In this document: positions 1 through 11,974 of the stretch, one piece after another
Layout: each line of letters begins with the position of its first letter
How positions within the stretch are numbered: the stretch's first letter is position 1
NCBI RefSeq assembly: GCF_018977255.1
Contig: NW_024704742.1
Span: 136,278,001-136,342,000, forward strand
Direction of reading: 5' to 3'
DNA length: 64,000 bases
DNA from: Callorhinchus milii
Taxonomy: Eukaryota
Translations under genes and position numbers: made by a program
Notes under the pieces: generated by a model
Told to the model about the DNA's origin: nothing
The model's database searches: none
What the model saw: only the letters and a program-made list of their open reading frames with translations

Positions 1-1554
1 CTATTTTTTGAATAGTGCCATGGGATCTTAGTGCCATGGAATCTTGCCATCCACCCAAACAGGCAGATGGGACCTTGCTTTAACATCTCACCTGAAGGAC
101 AGCATCTCGACAATACAACACATTCTCGGATTGATCAGCCTAGACTATATGGATCCCAGGTCTGCCCATCTCTCCAACTCGGTTGTGAATGCTACCAACT
201 GAACCAGACTGACAGTTGTTAATATATCTGGGACCTGCTCACTCCATACACACCTGTCCGTTCCCTGCGTTCAGCTGGCTCAGGCCTGCTCCATGTCTCC
301 TGCCACGTCTGCCCCACCATCGGTGGTTGGCCTTTCTACTCCCACCCTTTGCAGCTTCATCCCATTGTCCCTTCCCCTCCTTCAAGACCGTCCTCTTCGA
401 CCACGCCTTCGGTCACCCTCCACCCGTCCTGATCCCAACCCCAGCTCAAGTCCAAATCCATGACTGTCCAGTGCCTTGGGACGTCCTCCCGATGTGAAAG
501 GCCCTGTACAAGTGTAATTTGTTGTTTTGATTTAATACTATTTCAATATCTGATTATCTTCATCTTCAAAAGTCTTAACTTTTTTTCGCCAATTTACTTC
601 TCCTAACATCTGCTGTGGAGAAGTTCCAAGGTTACCAACCACCCAAGTTGACTTGAGCATTCCCTTTTATATAAAGTCTCAGATAATTCTCTAATTCTCA
701 TTTTAAAGCTATTATGGATTCAACCAATCATTGTTATAAGGACATTGCATAACACACTGCGGCAAATCAATTTTCACCTGAAAAAATATAGTGGCAAACA
801 GCCATGGAGTGATGACCAATATCCGGAGGATTGTCGGCCAGGACACCAGGAATAGCTCCCTTCACTTTTCAATGCCACAGGATCTTTAATGTCATGAAGG
901 GCCGTCAGGAAATCAGTTTCATGACTCATCCAAGAACAGCACCTCCCATAACCCAGCAAAACTGATGTGTCATCTGACATACAAGGTTTGAATCGCCAAT
1001 CTTTTGACACAAGTAGTATCAGTTGACACCATAATCTGCATTTGCTTCTTCTTGAACATCCCAGTAAAACCATTTACCTTCAGCGAATATTAGCCTCTTC
1101 CTACCAACTCGTCCGCAGTCTGCGTTTTCTCATTTTTTCCCTGCTACTTCAGTCCTGCCCGAAATCTTAACTAGTCTTTCTGTTTTGGATGCCGATCGAC
1201 TTCAAGCGTTTGTTGCGTTCTGTCAACATCTCTAATTTTGCTTCACTCTTGGTGATTTTGTTCCTATCTTCTAGTCATGCAATCCTGGTTTGAGTTAAAT
1301 AAATTCCCCAAATATGCGATGAATTAGATGCATCTGCAAAAGTGGGAGGATGGTTAAGACATTTTAAGATTCTCGGCTCTAAAATATACTTTCATTTCTG
1401 AAAATAAAGTGAATCCATTAAAGTTTAGAAATGCATACAATACAAAAATTATATTTGTTTAGCACCTTTCACGACGGAAGGACGTCCCAAGACGCTGGAC
1501 CTGAGCCTGTATATACAGGACCCTTCACCCAGGGCAGCGACTTGGAGCGCTTAA

Positions 1555-1873
1555 CAATAATAATAATCCTTGCATTTGATATAGCGCTTTTCACGTCAGG
1601 AGGACGTCCCAAAGCGCTTCACAGAACACACTGTAAAGTGAATTGACTGTATATTTGTGGGCGAACGCGGCAGCCAATTGCGCACACTGATGCCCCAGGA
1701 ACAGTCGTGGATTCAAAATTACCAATTTCTTATTGATTTTTGTTTTGGAGGGTTTATTATTAGACTCTGTGTGGAGTAAGGAAACTTGCCCAAGGTTTCG
1801 CCCTCTGCCTGGAATTGAACTCAGGTCTCTCGTTTGCAAAGCGAGTGTTCTAATCACTGAGCTACAGGACTCC
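1555..1873 (-). mobile_element. Full-length tRNA-derived SINE (DeuSINE-like, young subfamily)
   Basis: tRNA-like head with A and B boxes, Deu-like core, L2-like 3' hairpin and (TTA)n tail; many near-identical copies in the window. Confidence 0.9.
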
Positions 1874-2199
1874 ACTTAACAGTGGCGGAGCTTTACACTG
1901 AGCCTGGGGTGGAGGCGAGCGTATTCCCGTTAACTATTTTAGGACAATAAAATCGCAACACATAATATTCTTGATAAAAATGATCCCCCTTCCCCTAAAC
2001 AAATGGATATTTTCTGACTACTCTGCAATTTGTAAGCACTGTCATTCCACACAGCGTACAAGCACATTTGGTACATTGTTCCGGCGCTTCAGAAACAATG
2101 TCTGCATTGCTGATGCACATTTCACCAAAACAAGCGCTCAGTTCATTAACAAACGAAGACGCTATCACCAATAAACAGAGAACGTTCAAATGCATTCTC

Positions 2200-2205
2200 T
2201 TTATT
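2200..2205 (-). terminator. Candidate ELAC1 polyadenylation signal (AATAAA)
   Basis: tttatt on + strand, about 375 nt downstream of the stop codon; motif only. Confidence 0.4.
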
Positions 2206-2579
2206 GAAGAACGTGAAAACAGCTGCAGACATCATCGCTTCCCCCGCCACACCGCACATTTAAGAGAAGCCACTGGTTAAAGCGTTATCACCAATTTGTA
2301 CCATTTTAATAAACTTGCATTACAGCAACAAACGGAAGTGGTTGGGAACACTTAGCAGATCAGGCAGCAGCTATGGAGAAAGAAAAGTGAGTCAACATTT
2401 CGGGTCCATGACCCTTCGTCAGAACTCTATTCTGTTTTTGTTTCAGGTTTCCAGCGTCTACATTACAGTAAGATGGAATTACAATTAAAGTTCAGCAAAA
2501 TTAAATCAGCACTGATTTCACAACTAACCTAAGGCTATAATTTACCGCAAGCGATTCTGTCTTTATATGCAGGGAAGGA

Positions 2580-3058
2580 TTATTTGTTGCTTGGTTTTTT
2601 TTTGGAAGGAATTTCAAGAACCAGAAAGTCTTCAGCTAGTGTTACCTCCTGTCCTTCCAATATCAACTCAGCCTGCGTCTTCAGTTCCAAGACATTGTCA
2701 TCTCCTTCATTGATCAGGCTTGCCGGTTTGTACCGCTGACTGAAATGAGTCAGGACCAGCCTTTTAACCTTACACGACTTTGCAAACTCTGCCGCCGTTT
2801 TTGGAGTGCAGTGTCCGTGCTCCTTGGCCTTGTCCGCCTGGCTGTCGTCCAGAGTCGCCTCGTGTACCAGAACGTCAGCATCAAGGCAGAGCTTCTTACC
2901 TACATCACCCACAATCCCAGAGCAATCTCCTAAAATACAGATTTTTCGGCCCGGTACAGGACCCTCGAGCACATCCATTGGAAAGACAGTCTCTCCATTG
3001 TCCAGAGTAATGGCTTGTCCATTTTTCAGTTTCCCATACAAAGGTCCTGGATGAACAC
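2580..3058 (-). CDS. ELAC1: ELAC1 coding exon 3 (terminal)
   Basis: GVHPGPLYGKLKNG...HEAT...THFSQRY...stop TAA at 2582-2580. Spliced CDS is 157+471+479=1107 nt, i.e. 368 aa. Confidence 0.95.
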
Positions 3059-5488
3059 CTAGAATCATAAAGATATATATATATATGAACAAAACATTCA
3101 GAAACAAAGAACAGATGTAAAAAAATAGAGGTACAGTACGTAAATACTAACTTTTCATTCCTAATCCGCAAGTTGCTCTGCTCCTCTCAATTTCACATTT
3201 TGAATATTCAATTAATTTCTAAAGACATCTGAACTGAGAAAAAACGCAAAACTGTAATATGCAATCTCCTAAATTACCTACCGATCACCTCCCTTCCGGA
3301 CTATTCCTTCCACAAAAGCCTAATGTATCATTCATGTCTAACTCATTTCTCATGTTAAACCAAGTGTCCCATCCGATAATAATAATACTTGCATTTGATA
3401 GAGCACCTTATCACACCTTCAAGACATCTCAAAGAGTTTCACAGAATACACTGTAAAAGCAAATTGACTGTATATTATTATTGAACCTCGGTAATTACAA
3501 AATGAAGACATTGAACATAGTTACAAAATGAATAGGAGTTAATTGAAGATGTGAAAACAGTGATGGTGAACAAATGCTTAACACGTTACCTGCCTCTCTG
3601 GACATTTAAACGGGATTACCATCCATGCCATTATGGCAGAGTACTTTACAGAAGGAAGATGATTTCACCTACTGAGCAACCATTTTAATACAAAGCAAAG
3701 AGAAATTCAAAATATTTTACCAGTAATGTTCTTTAGTTCTCATATTAAGCCCTTGATCAACAATGTTTTTCTTCACCTCTGCCACACTGCCCGTCCCTGC
3801 CCTCTCACCAAATGCCGCCGAAGACTTTATTCCTGCCGGTTACCTTCTACAAGGACTATTCGGATGTGCACTCTTCGCTCGTTTCCCTAGTTCCATTACC
3901 AATAAGCTCCAGCTAATTCAAACCTCCACTATCCACACCAAGCTCCACGGCTCACATCCTCACACACTCAGTACACACGTCCATTAACTCAGTCCTCATT
4001 AGTATCCCAGTCTCTCAACAGATGGACTTCAAAGTTCTAACTTCATGCCCTAGAACCAACCTAAGTCCGATCTTCCCCTAACCCACTCCTACGCTTGTCC
4101 TTCCTTCCACTGCTACCAGGTTTGCTGTGCATCCCCCGTCTAAAGGATAGAGGGATTAAGGGATATGGGGATAGGGCGGGTGCCCTATAATTGCGAAGCA
4201 TTTTGACACCTTATTGAATGTGAAGGGTGCCATGCAAGTTGCTGTTGACAACGGCAAATTAAGATGCTCCGCTGAACAGCCAACTGGGAATATATAAAGC
4301 TTAATTCCGCAAGTTGTAGTCAACACCTCGGCCGGTGTTGCCAAGTACACCTCCTAACTGTCACACCATGGTTGTGTGATCCGATTCCAAACTCTACCCA
4401 CTCAAACAGATTTATAAATAGTCGTAGTCGCCTCCAATAGAAACATTTTTAAACTGAATTTTGAGAAGATGAGATCCTTGCGTAAAAGGAAAAATAATTA
4501 TTTGAGTAAGGCAATCACGGCCCACACATTTAATGAATAATTCAACTAGCAATGAACCGGGAGCATTCTTCTTCTCCTAAGCACCCAGGAAAGGAATCCT
4601 GGCAGAGAGAAAGGCAGAGAGAAAATACAATATCTATTATACGCCCACGTTTTTTGAATTTCGACTGTTACCACAAAGAAACAGCCATTTGGTGCCTCAA
4701 ACCAGAACTGTTTTTTTTCCCCCCACACAGATTTATTCTAATCCCACTCCTACTCACTCACTCCTTTAATTGGCTGCCACCTTTTGGACACAAAATACAC
4801 AGTTAATTCACTTTACAGAGTATTCTGAAGTCCTTTGAGGCGTCTCAATGATTTTAATATATATCAAATGCAGGGGTTATTATTATTATTTTTAAATGTC
4901 CAATTCTTTTTTTAACCTACTGACAATTGACTAGTAGTAATTCCACAGGATCTACTGTACATTGGCTAGTTGTAGGAGCTTGACGGTCAGCACGCCACTC
5001 AACTGTAAATGATGTAATTGGCGAGCCTGATCTCTCCCCAACTGGCTATATATATACACATGTGTTCAATCTGTAGTTATATTCTAAATAATTGCCTTTT
5101 AACATAATTTATGGACTCCTCCTCAACACAATTTGTAGCAGAGCACTGAAAGAGCGGAAAGAGCCTGAAAGAGCGGTGGAAGTCGACTGAATAATAACTT
5201 TCAAAAGGGAATTGTACGTATGCTTGAAAAAATAAAAAAAAGCAAGTTTATGGGGAAAGAGCGGGAGGGTGGGACTAACTGGATCTTTCAAAGAGCTGGC
5301 ACAGGCACGATGGGACGAATGTCCTCCTTCTGTGCTGTAGGATGCGATCATCCTATGAGAATTCCACATACGGCCGCCCTCTATCCCTGTTACTGCATAA
5401 TGTCCATTTTCAAAATAACGTTTTAAAGAATAATTTTCTTTAAAAAAGGGAAACAGCATTTAACTAACTGCAGAATGGAAACCAATAC

Positions 5489-5959
5489 CCATATCCTTCA
5501 GTTTTTGTGTCAGAAGTCTGCCTGGACGCTCCTTTTCCTCAATGACAAAGCCGAAAGATGGTATTCGATGGAAGAGCTTGAAAGCTTTTACGGTGAAGTG
5601 TTTGTGGTCAAGGAGATGATAGCAGTTTTCCTGAGGATCAAGATGAATTGTTTTTCCTTGCTGTTCCTGAGGATGAAGCTGGTCATCTGCCTTTTGATCA
5701 GACGGGTATCTCCATTCTTCGGGAAAACATTGATCTTGGGTCGGAATCAGCTCGTGCACCACGTACGGGAAGTTCAACTGCGACTGAGAAATTCCCAAAC
5801 ATGTCCGCAGATATTTCCGTAATCCAACAGGTCCGTAGATCTCCAAAGGCTGCTTTACGGACGTGGAACTGCACTGAAGGCTCACTGTACACAGGAGGCC
5901 CGGCAAACCGAACAGGTGATCACCGTGGAGATGAGTAATGAAAACCTTAGAGATTTTTC
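5489..5959 (-). CDS. ELAC1: ELAC1 coding exon 2
   Basis: tttttcag acceptor; encodes GKISKVFITHLHGDH (HxHxDH metallo-beta-lactamase motif) to HRIPSFGF...KLKDMG; 471 nt; GT donor; in phase with both neighbours. Confidence 0.95.
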
Positions 5960-6142
5960 CTGAAAAACAAAGATTTCAGAGGAAATTACCACATCATTCA
6001 TTCATTTAAAAAAAAAGGAACCATAGGAGTGGGTTTTAACGAAAAACAGCTCAACTGCGGCAGCAAAATACACTGCAAAGAACCAAGTCCAGGAGCCAAT
6101 TAAGATGATGTTTGTTGGGGGCGCGGGAGGAGGGATTGAATT

Positions 6143-6457
6143 TAATAATAATAATCCTTGCATTTGATATAGCGCTTTTCACGTCGGGAGGACGTCCCAA
6201 AGCGCTTCACAGAACACACTGTAAAGTGAATTGACTGTATATTTGTGGGCGAACGCGGCAGCCAATTGCGCACAGCAATGTCCCACAAACAGTCGTGATT
6301 GAAAATGACCAATTTATTATTGTTTTTGGTTTTGGAGGGATTATTATTAGGTGTGTGGAGTAAGGAAACTTGCCCAAGGTTTCGCCCTCTGCCTGGGATT
6401 GAACTCAGGTCTCTCACTTGCAAAGCGAGTGCTCTAACCACTGAGCTACAGGACTCC
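6143..6457 (-). mobile_element. Full-length young SINE
   Basis: Reverse complement of the consensus seen at 6919-7248. Confidence 0.92.
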
Positions 6458-6918
6458 GATGAATTAATTAATTTGATTAATGACGCAAAAAAAAAGTCTC
6501 TTTGCTGCATTTTGTGGGAGATTCGGTGCTTCAGACAAGATCCTTGTCTGATCGCGGGGCGAGGGTCTGATTCTCACGGGGTCCCGTCCCGGCCAACAAT
6601 CCCTCCAATAAAATCGGTCCACGACTTCACGTGTGTTTGTGGCAGATTTCCGTACGCAAATTGTCAGCAGCGTTCAGCTACAAGATCGGTGCTCCTTAAA
6701 GTATATCCTTGGGTTTATAGCCGCTACGCCCCCAAACTCTGGGACGCTCTCCCTTAATCCTAATGCCTTGCCCCCCCCGCTCCCCCTTTTCACACCCCGC
6801 CTGAAAACCTTCCTACATCGACCGTGCTTTCGGCCACCACCGGCCCCCCGGCTCGGATTCAGGCTCCGCCACCGTTAAGCGCTCCGAGACCCGACCCTGC
6901 GCTGCGCGGAGAGCGCTG

Positions 6919-7248
6919 TGGAGTCCTGTGGCTCAGTGATTAGAGCACTCGCTTTGCAAGTGAGAGACCGGAGTTCAATTCCAGGCAGAGGGTGAAACCT
7001 CGGGCAAGTTTCCTTACTCCACACAGAGCCTAATAATAATCCCTCCAAAACAAAACAATAATAAATTGGTCATTTTCAATCCACGACTGTTTGTGGGACA
7101 TTGCTGTGCGCAATTGGCTGCCGCGTTCGCCCACAAATATACAGTCAATTCACTTTACAGTGTGTTCTGTGAAGCGCTTTGGGACGTCCTCCCGACGTGA
7201 AAAGCGCTATATCAAATGCAAGGATTATTATTATTATTATTATTATTA
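6919..7248 (+). mobile_element. Full-length young SINE
   Basis: Head GAGTCCTGTGGCTCAGTG...CTTTGCAAG...GAGTTCAATTCC (tRNA-Ala(TGC)-like), core TTTGTGGGACATTGCTGTGCGCAATTGGCTGCCGCGTT, (TTA)n tail. Confidence 0.92.
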
Positions 7249-7339
7249 TAAGTTGTGGAGAAGCAATCGGGAGACATCCGACTGGAGTGAAAGGTCATAT
7301 ATTATGTAAAATATAAAAAAGGAGTTTTATACAAACGCG

Positions 7340-8250
7340 TTATTTAATGAATAGTTATATTAATGAATTAACCATCAATTAATTAATCAACAATTAAATA
7401 ATGAATAAATAATTAAATGATAACTAAATAATTAATGAACGATTTGTTGACAACTAAATAATGAATTAATAAGAATTAAATAATTAATCGACAACCGGAC
7501 AATAATTAAATAATTAATTAAAAATTAATGTTAATTGAATAATTAATTAAAAAATAATTTAAAAAATAATTTAAAAAATGTAAAAATAAATAACAATTAA
7601 ATAATTAATTAATAAACATTCATTGATAATTAAATAATTAATTGATAACTCGTCGATGATTAAATTATGAATTAACAGTTAAATGGTAATTAAACAATTA
7701 ATTGATAATTAAATAATAATTAAATAATTAATTAGTGATTAAATGATAATTAAACAATTAGTTATTAATTAATAAATAAATAACTAATAATTAATTAACA
7801 GTTAAATAATGAATTAATAATAAATAAATAACAATTAATTGACAATTAAATAATGAATTAATAATTAATACATAAATAACAATTAACTAATTAATTGATA
7901 ATTAATGAATAACTAATAATTAATTAACAGTTATATCGTGAATTAATAATTAATAAATAAATAACAATTAATTAACAATCAACTGATGAATGAATAATTA
8001 ATAAACAAACAAATAACAATTAATTGACAATCAACTAATGAATTAATAATCAATAAACAAATAAATAACAATTAATTGACCATTAAATAATGAATTAATA
8101 CATAAATAAATAACGATTAATTAACAATTAACTAATGAATTAATGAATAACTAATAATGAATTAACAATTAAATAATGAATTAACAATTAAATAATGAAT
8201 TACTGATTAATAAATGAATAACTAATGACTTAATTGACAATGGAATAATG
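7340..8250. repeat. Extremely AT-rich degenerate repeat (AATTAA/TAATGAATT/TAACAATT units) in an ELAC1 intron
   Basis: About 900 bp almost entirely A/T with recurring short units. Confidence 0.9.
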
Positions 8251-8360
8251 AATCACTAATCCCCGAATGACCGTTAATAGTAATGAACCGTTGACCATAT
8301 TATTATTATTATGACAGTGTCGCGGCCGCGCAGTGCGGTCTGAGCCCTGAGGGCCATTAC

Positions 8361-8517
8361 CCGCTCTCAGAGCGCTCCTCAGGACCTGTGTCTGAGTGCC
8401 TTCGCCGCAGTCGAACAGCCAACACTCGCCCTCGTGACGCCACGCGACCGCCGAGGCTCCGCGGCTCCGGGACGGGAAGGCCGCGCCCGTCCCCAGGAAC
8501 GTCAGGTCCACCGCCAT
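8361..8517 (-). CDS. ELAC1: ELAC1 (zinc phosphodiesterase / RNase Z short form), coding exon 1
   Basis: ATG at 8517; [16 protein letters not shown]...[12 protein letters not shown] (RNase Z N-terminal motifs); 157 nt; GT donor at 8360-8359. Confidence 0.93.
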
Positions 8518-8519
8518 AG

Positions 8520-9615
8520 CCTCCCCTCACCCTCACACTCACTCACTCACTCCCTCTCCCTCACTCCCTCTCCCTCTCCCTCACACTCACCCTCACTCCC
8601 TCACTCTCTCCCTCTCTCTCTCACTCCCTCCCTCACTCCGCGCCCGTCCCCAGGAACGTCAGGTCCACCGCCATAGCCTCCCCTCACCCTCACCCTCACT
8701 CACTCCCTCACTCACTCACTCCCTCACACTCCCTCTCCCTCACACTCCCTCTCACTCACTCCCTCACTCACTCACTCCCTCACACTCCCTCTCCCTCACA
8801 CTCCCTCACTCACTCTCCTCACTCTCTCACTCCGCGCCCGTCCCCAGGAACGTCAGGTCCACCGCCATAGCCTCCCCTCACTCACTCCTTCCCTTCCTCT
8901 CTCTCTCTCTCCCTCTCTTACCTCCTTCTTCCCTCCCCCCTCTCTCTCTCTCCCCCTCACTCCCTCCCTCTCTCTTACTCCCCCCTTCCGTCTCTCTCTC
9001 TCACTCTCCCTCACTCTCTCTCACTCACTCTCTCTCACTCCCTCCTTCCCTCTCTCTCTCCCTCCCTCTCTCTCACTCCCTCCCTCCCTCTCTCTCACTC
9101 CCTCCCTCCCTCTCTCTCTCACTCCCTCCCTCCCTCTCTCTCACTCCCTCCCCCTCTCTCTCTCACTCCCTCCCTCCTCTCTCTCTCACTCCCTCCCCCT
9201 CTCTCTCTCACTCCCTCACTCTCTCTCACTCACTCCCTCCTTCCCTTCCCCTCTCTCTCTCTCACTCCCTCTTACCTCCTTCTTCCCTCCCCCCCTCTCT
9301 CCCCCTCACTCCCTCCCTCCCTCTCTCACTCCCTCCCCCTCTCTCTCTCTCACTCTCTCTCACTCACTCCCTCCTTCCCTTCCTCTCTCTCTCTCTCACA
9401 CTCCCTCTTACCTCCTTCTTCCCTCCCCCCCCTCTCTCTCCCTCTCACTCCTTCCCTCCCTCTCTTACTCCCTCCTTCCCTCTCTCTCTCTCACTCCCTC
9501 ACTCTCTCTCACTCCCCCCCTCTCCCCCACTCCCCCCCCCTCCCCCCCTCTCCCCCACTCCCCCCCTCCCCCCCTCTCCCCCACTCCCCCCCTCCCCCCC
9601 TCTCCCCCACGCCCC
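8520..9615. repeat. Polypyrimidine (CT/CACT) tract ending in a C-run minisatellite
   Basis: About 1.1 kb of C/T with sparse A; CCCCCCCTCTCCCCCACT-like units at 9512-9610. Confidence 0.92.
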
Positions 9616-10310
9616 AAAATCAATCGGAAATAATCTTTAAAATTAAGTAAAATCGATAAAAGTCTAACAAAAAGACAGGCATCTCACATCGACATCGACT
9701 GACCGGTCGGTCAAGGGGAGAGAGAGAGAAAAGATATCTCTATATATAAATATAATACTGAATATTAATATATATATCGATAGATAATTTAATATATATT
9801 TATATATAATATATTTTATATATTTTACCTAATAATTATATATAATCTAAATACGAATGCAATCAAAAAATTAGAAATGTTACGACAAATGGGAAATAGC
9901 AATGAATCACTTGATAGAAGCGAATAGATATTCACCAGCGAACAAAGAAATTATAAGTTTTGATTTCAATATGAAACAAATGAAAGAAAGGGTCTAAAAT
10001 CCTGGCAGAGAGTCTCATCCCCTCCCTCGAGCGCCCGAACCAACCGTGCGGCTGAAGGGGAGAGAGATGGAACTGAATTAAATCATTGTAAATGAAATAA
10101 ATGTTAAAACGATTCAAGAAAAATACGAAATTAAAGCCTTGGCAACGGATCTGCTTCTCTCCTCTGTGGTTTATACACGTGGACTGACTAACGCCATCGC
10201 CTGGTCGTCGACTCATTCAATAAAATAAATGTTCAAATGATTAAATAAACCTGAAGAAGAATATAAAAGCCGACAAACCCGGCTGAGCGTCCGGTCCCTG
10301 GCGCCAACCA

Positions 10311-10822
10311 ACCAACAACAACAACTTGGATTTATACGGCGCCCTCCGCGCCGGATGGCGTCTCAGAGCGCTTCACGGTAACGGATCCCGGGGCCGAGCC
10401 AGGGGGAGGAGGAGGAAGGTGAATAAAGGTGCGTTCGAAAAGAAAGGTCTTCAGCCGAGACCTGAAAGTAGGAAGAGTGGGAGCGAGGCAAAGGCAGTGA
10501 GGAAGGCAGTTCCAGAGCCTCGGGGCGTAGTGGCTGAAGTCCATGGCCGCCGATGGAGCGGAGGACTCGGGGGACGAGGAGGAGGTCAGACCCGGTGGAG
10601 CGGAGGCGACGGGCACTGTTGTGAGGAGAGGAGAGAGGTGGTCAGAGAGGTCGAGGGTGGGTGGGGGGGGGTGCAGAGGAGTGGAGGGATTTGAAGACGA
10701 GAGTGAGGATCTTGAAGTCGATCCTCTCTGGCAGAGGCGGCCAGTGCAGTCTGGCCAGGACTGGGGGGATCGGGGAGCGGAGTTTTGTGCGGGTCAGAAT
10801 GCAGGCGGCGGAGTTCTGGATG
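10311..10822 (-). mobile_element. L2-clade LINE 3' fragment (second subfamily)
   Basis: IQNSAACILTRT...PVLARLHW...RIDFKIL, APRLWN, FRSRLKTFLF (L2 ORF2 C-terminus) and a (TTG)n tail. Confidence 0.85.
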
Positions 10823-10994
10823 AGAACTGGTCCAACAGGGTTGTTAGACATTAAAATACGTCTCTCGCCCCAATTCAACCAAATACCAGCTCAGTATTCT
10901 AAACACAAAACCATGCGTTGCCTCCCTACGGATAGCAAAGTGACCGACTTAGGTTTTGTGCAAAAACAATCCGCCCAATCTGGCCGCATTGCAC

Positions 10995-11148
10995 CCACCT
11001 TACGTGCCCACCCACTCATCTACCTGCCTACCTACCCACCCACTCGCCTACCTACCTATCCAACCACCAACCCACCCATCTACCTCTCCGCCCGCCCATC
11101 TACCTCCACACCCACCCACCCACCTACCTACCTACCTACCTACCATAC
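10995..11148. repeat. Degenerate (CCCA/CCTA)n simple repeat
   Basis: cccacccactcatctacctgcctacctacccacc... Confidence 0.8.
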
Positions 11149-11974
11149 CGACAATGTTGACCGGGTTCTTCTGCGAAAACAAAATTGGCCGCCGTGTTTC
11201 CCCCACAAAAATATACAATTGACTTTACAGTATATTCTGCGAAGAAGCACTTTGAGACGTCTCGAAGACGTGATAAGACGCTATATCAGGTGCAAGGATT
11301 ATTATTATTTCTGTGCATGGAAAAAAAACAGCTTTGGGTGGGTGCCTAATATTTTTTAAACCGCTATGAAGACCTTTTCCTATACAAAAGGACTATAACC
11401 TAAATCTGCCCACTCATCTACCCACAGTAGGCAACGCTTAATGTTGGCCGAGTTTTGGGCTACTGTTTGGTTGTCTTTGGGCTAAAACGTTATTTTAATT
11501 TCTGGTAAACCTGCACACCTGATGGCCAAGAGGGAAGAGGGAAATAAAATAAAGAAATAAACACGTTAGAAGAAGAACAAATTCGAAGGGTGAGAGGACG
11601 AGTGAATGGAACAAATTGCATAACGAAATTAACCGAATCAGTTAAATAAAGGAAATAAAATAGGATGTACTGTAAAGTATTGTGACTGGGCCATTTGAGA
11701 GTGAAATCAGGAAGAATTTTTTCACTCAAAGGTGGGAGAAATCTGGAATTCTCTCCCCCCAAAAGACCGTGGATGCTGGATCCATCCAGACCTTCAAGAG
11801 TGAGGTTGATAGGTTGGTAGGTCAGGGGATTAAGGGATATGGAGAAAGCAGAAATTGGAATTGAAACGATTAGTTGAGGTACAGATCAGCCATGATCTAA
11901 TTAAATGGCGGAACAGGCTCAAAAGCCTGAACGGCCTCCTTATGTTGCTATATATATATATTTTGTAGGTGAAA

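Noticed and set aside
1591..1875. Recurrent ORFs such as SSVVRALALQVRDLSSIPGRGRNLGQVSLLH and CWDIAVRNWLPRSPTNIQ (also at 6142, 7091, 51278, 53208, 56261, 62997)
   Set aside because: They are translations of SINE copies, not a protein family.
6919..6995. tRNA-like sequences with A and B boxes
   Set aside because: They are SINE heads continuous with SINE bodies and lack a proper acceptor stem, so they are not called tRNA genes.
8482..8880. Repeat-spacer-repeat pattern as a CRISPR-like array
   Set aside because: The locus is eukaryotic, the repeats are pieces of the ELAC1 exon, the spacers are low-complexity and unequal, and there are no cas genes.
10661..11359. 232-aa ORF
   Set aside because: It is a chance read-through of antisense L2, a CCCA/CCTA repeat and a SINE tail.
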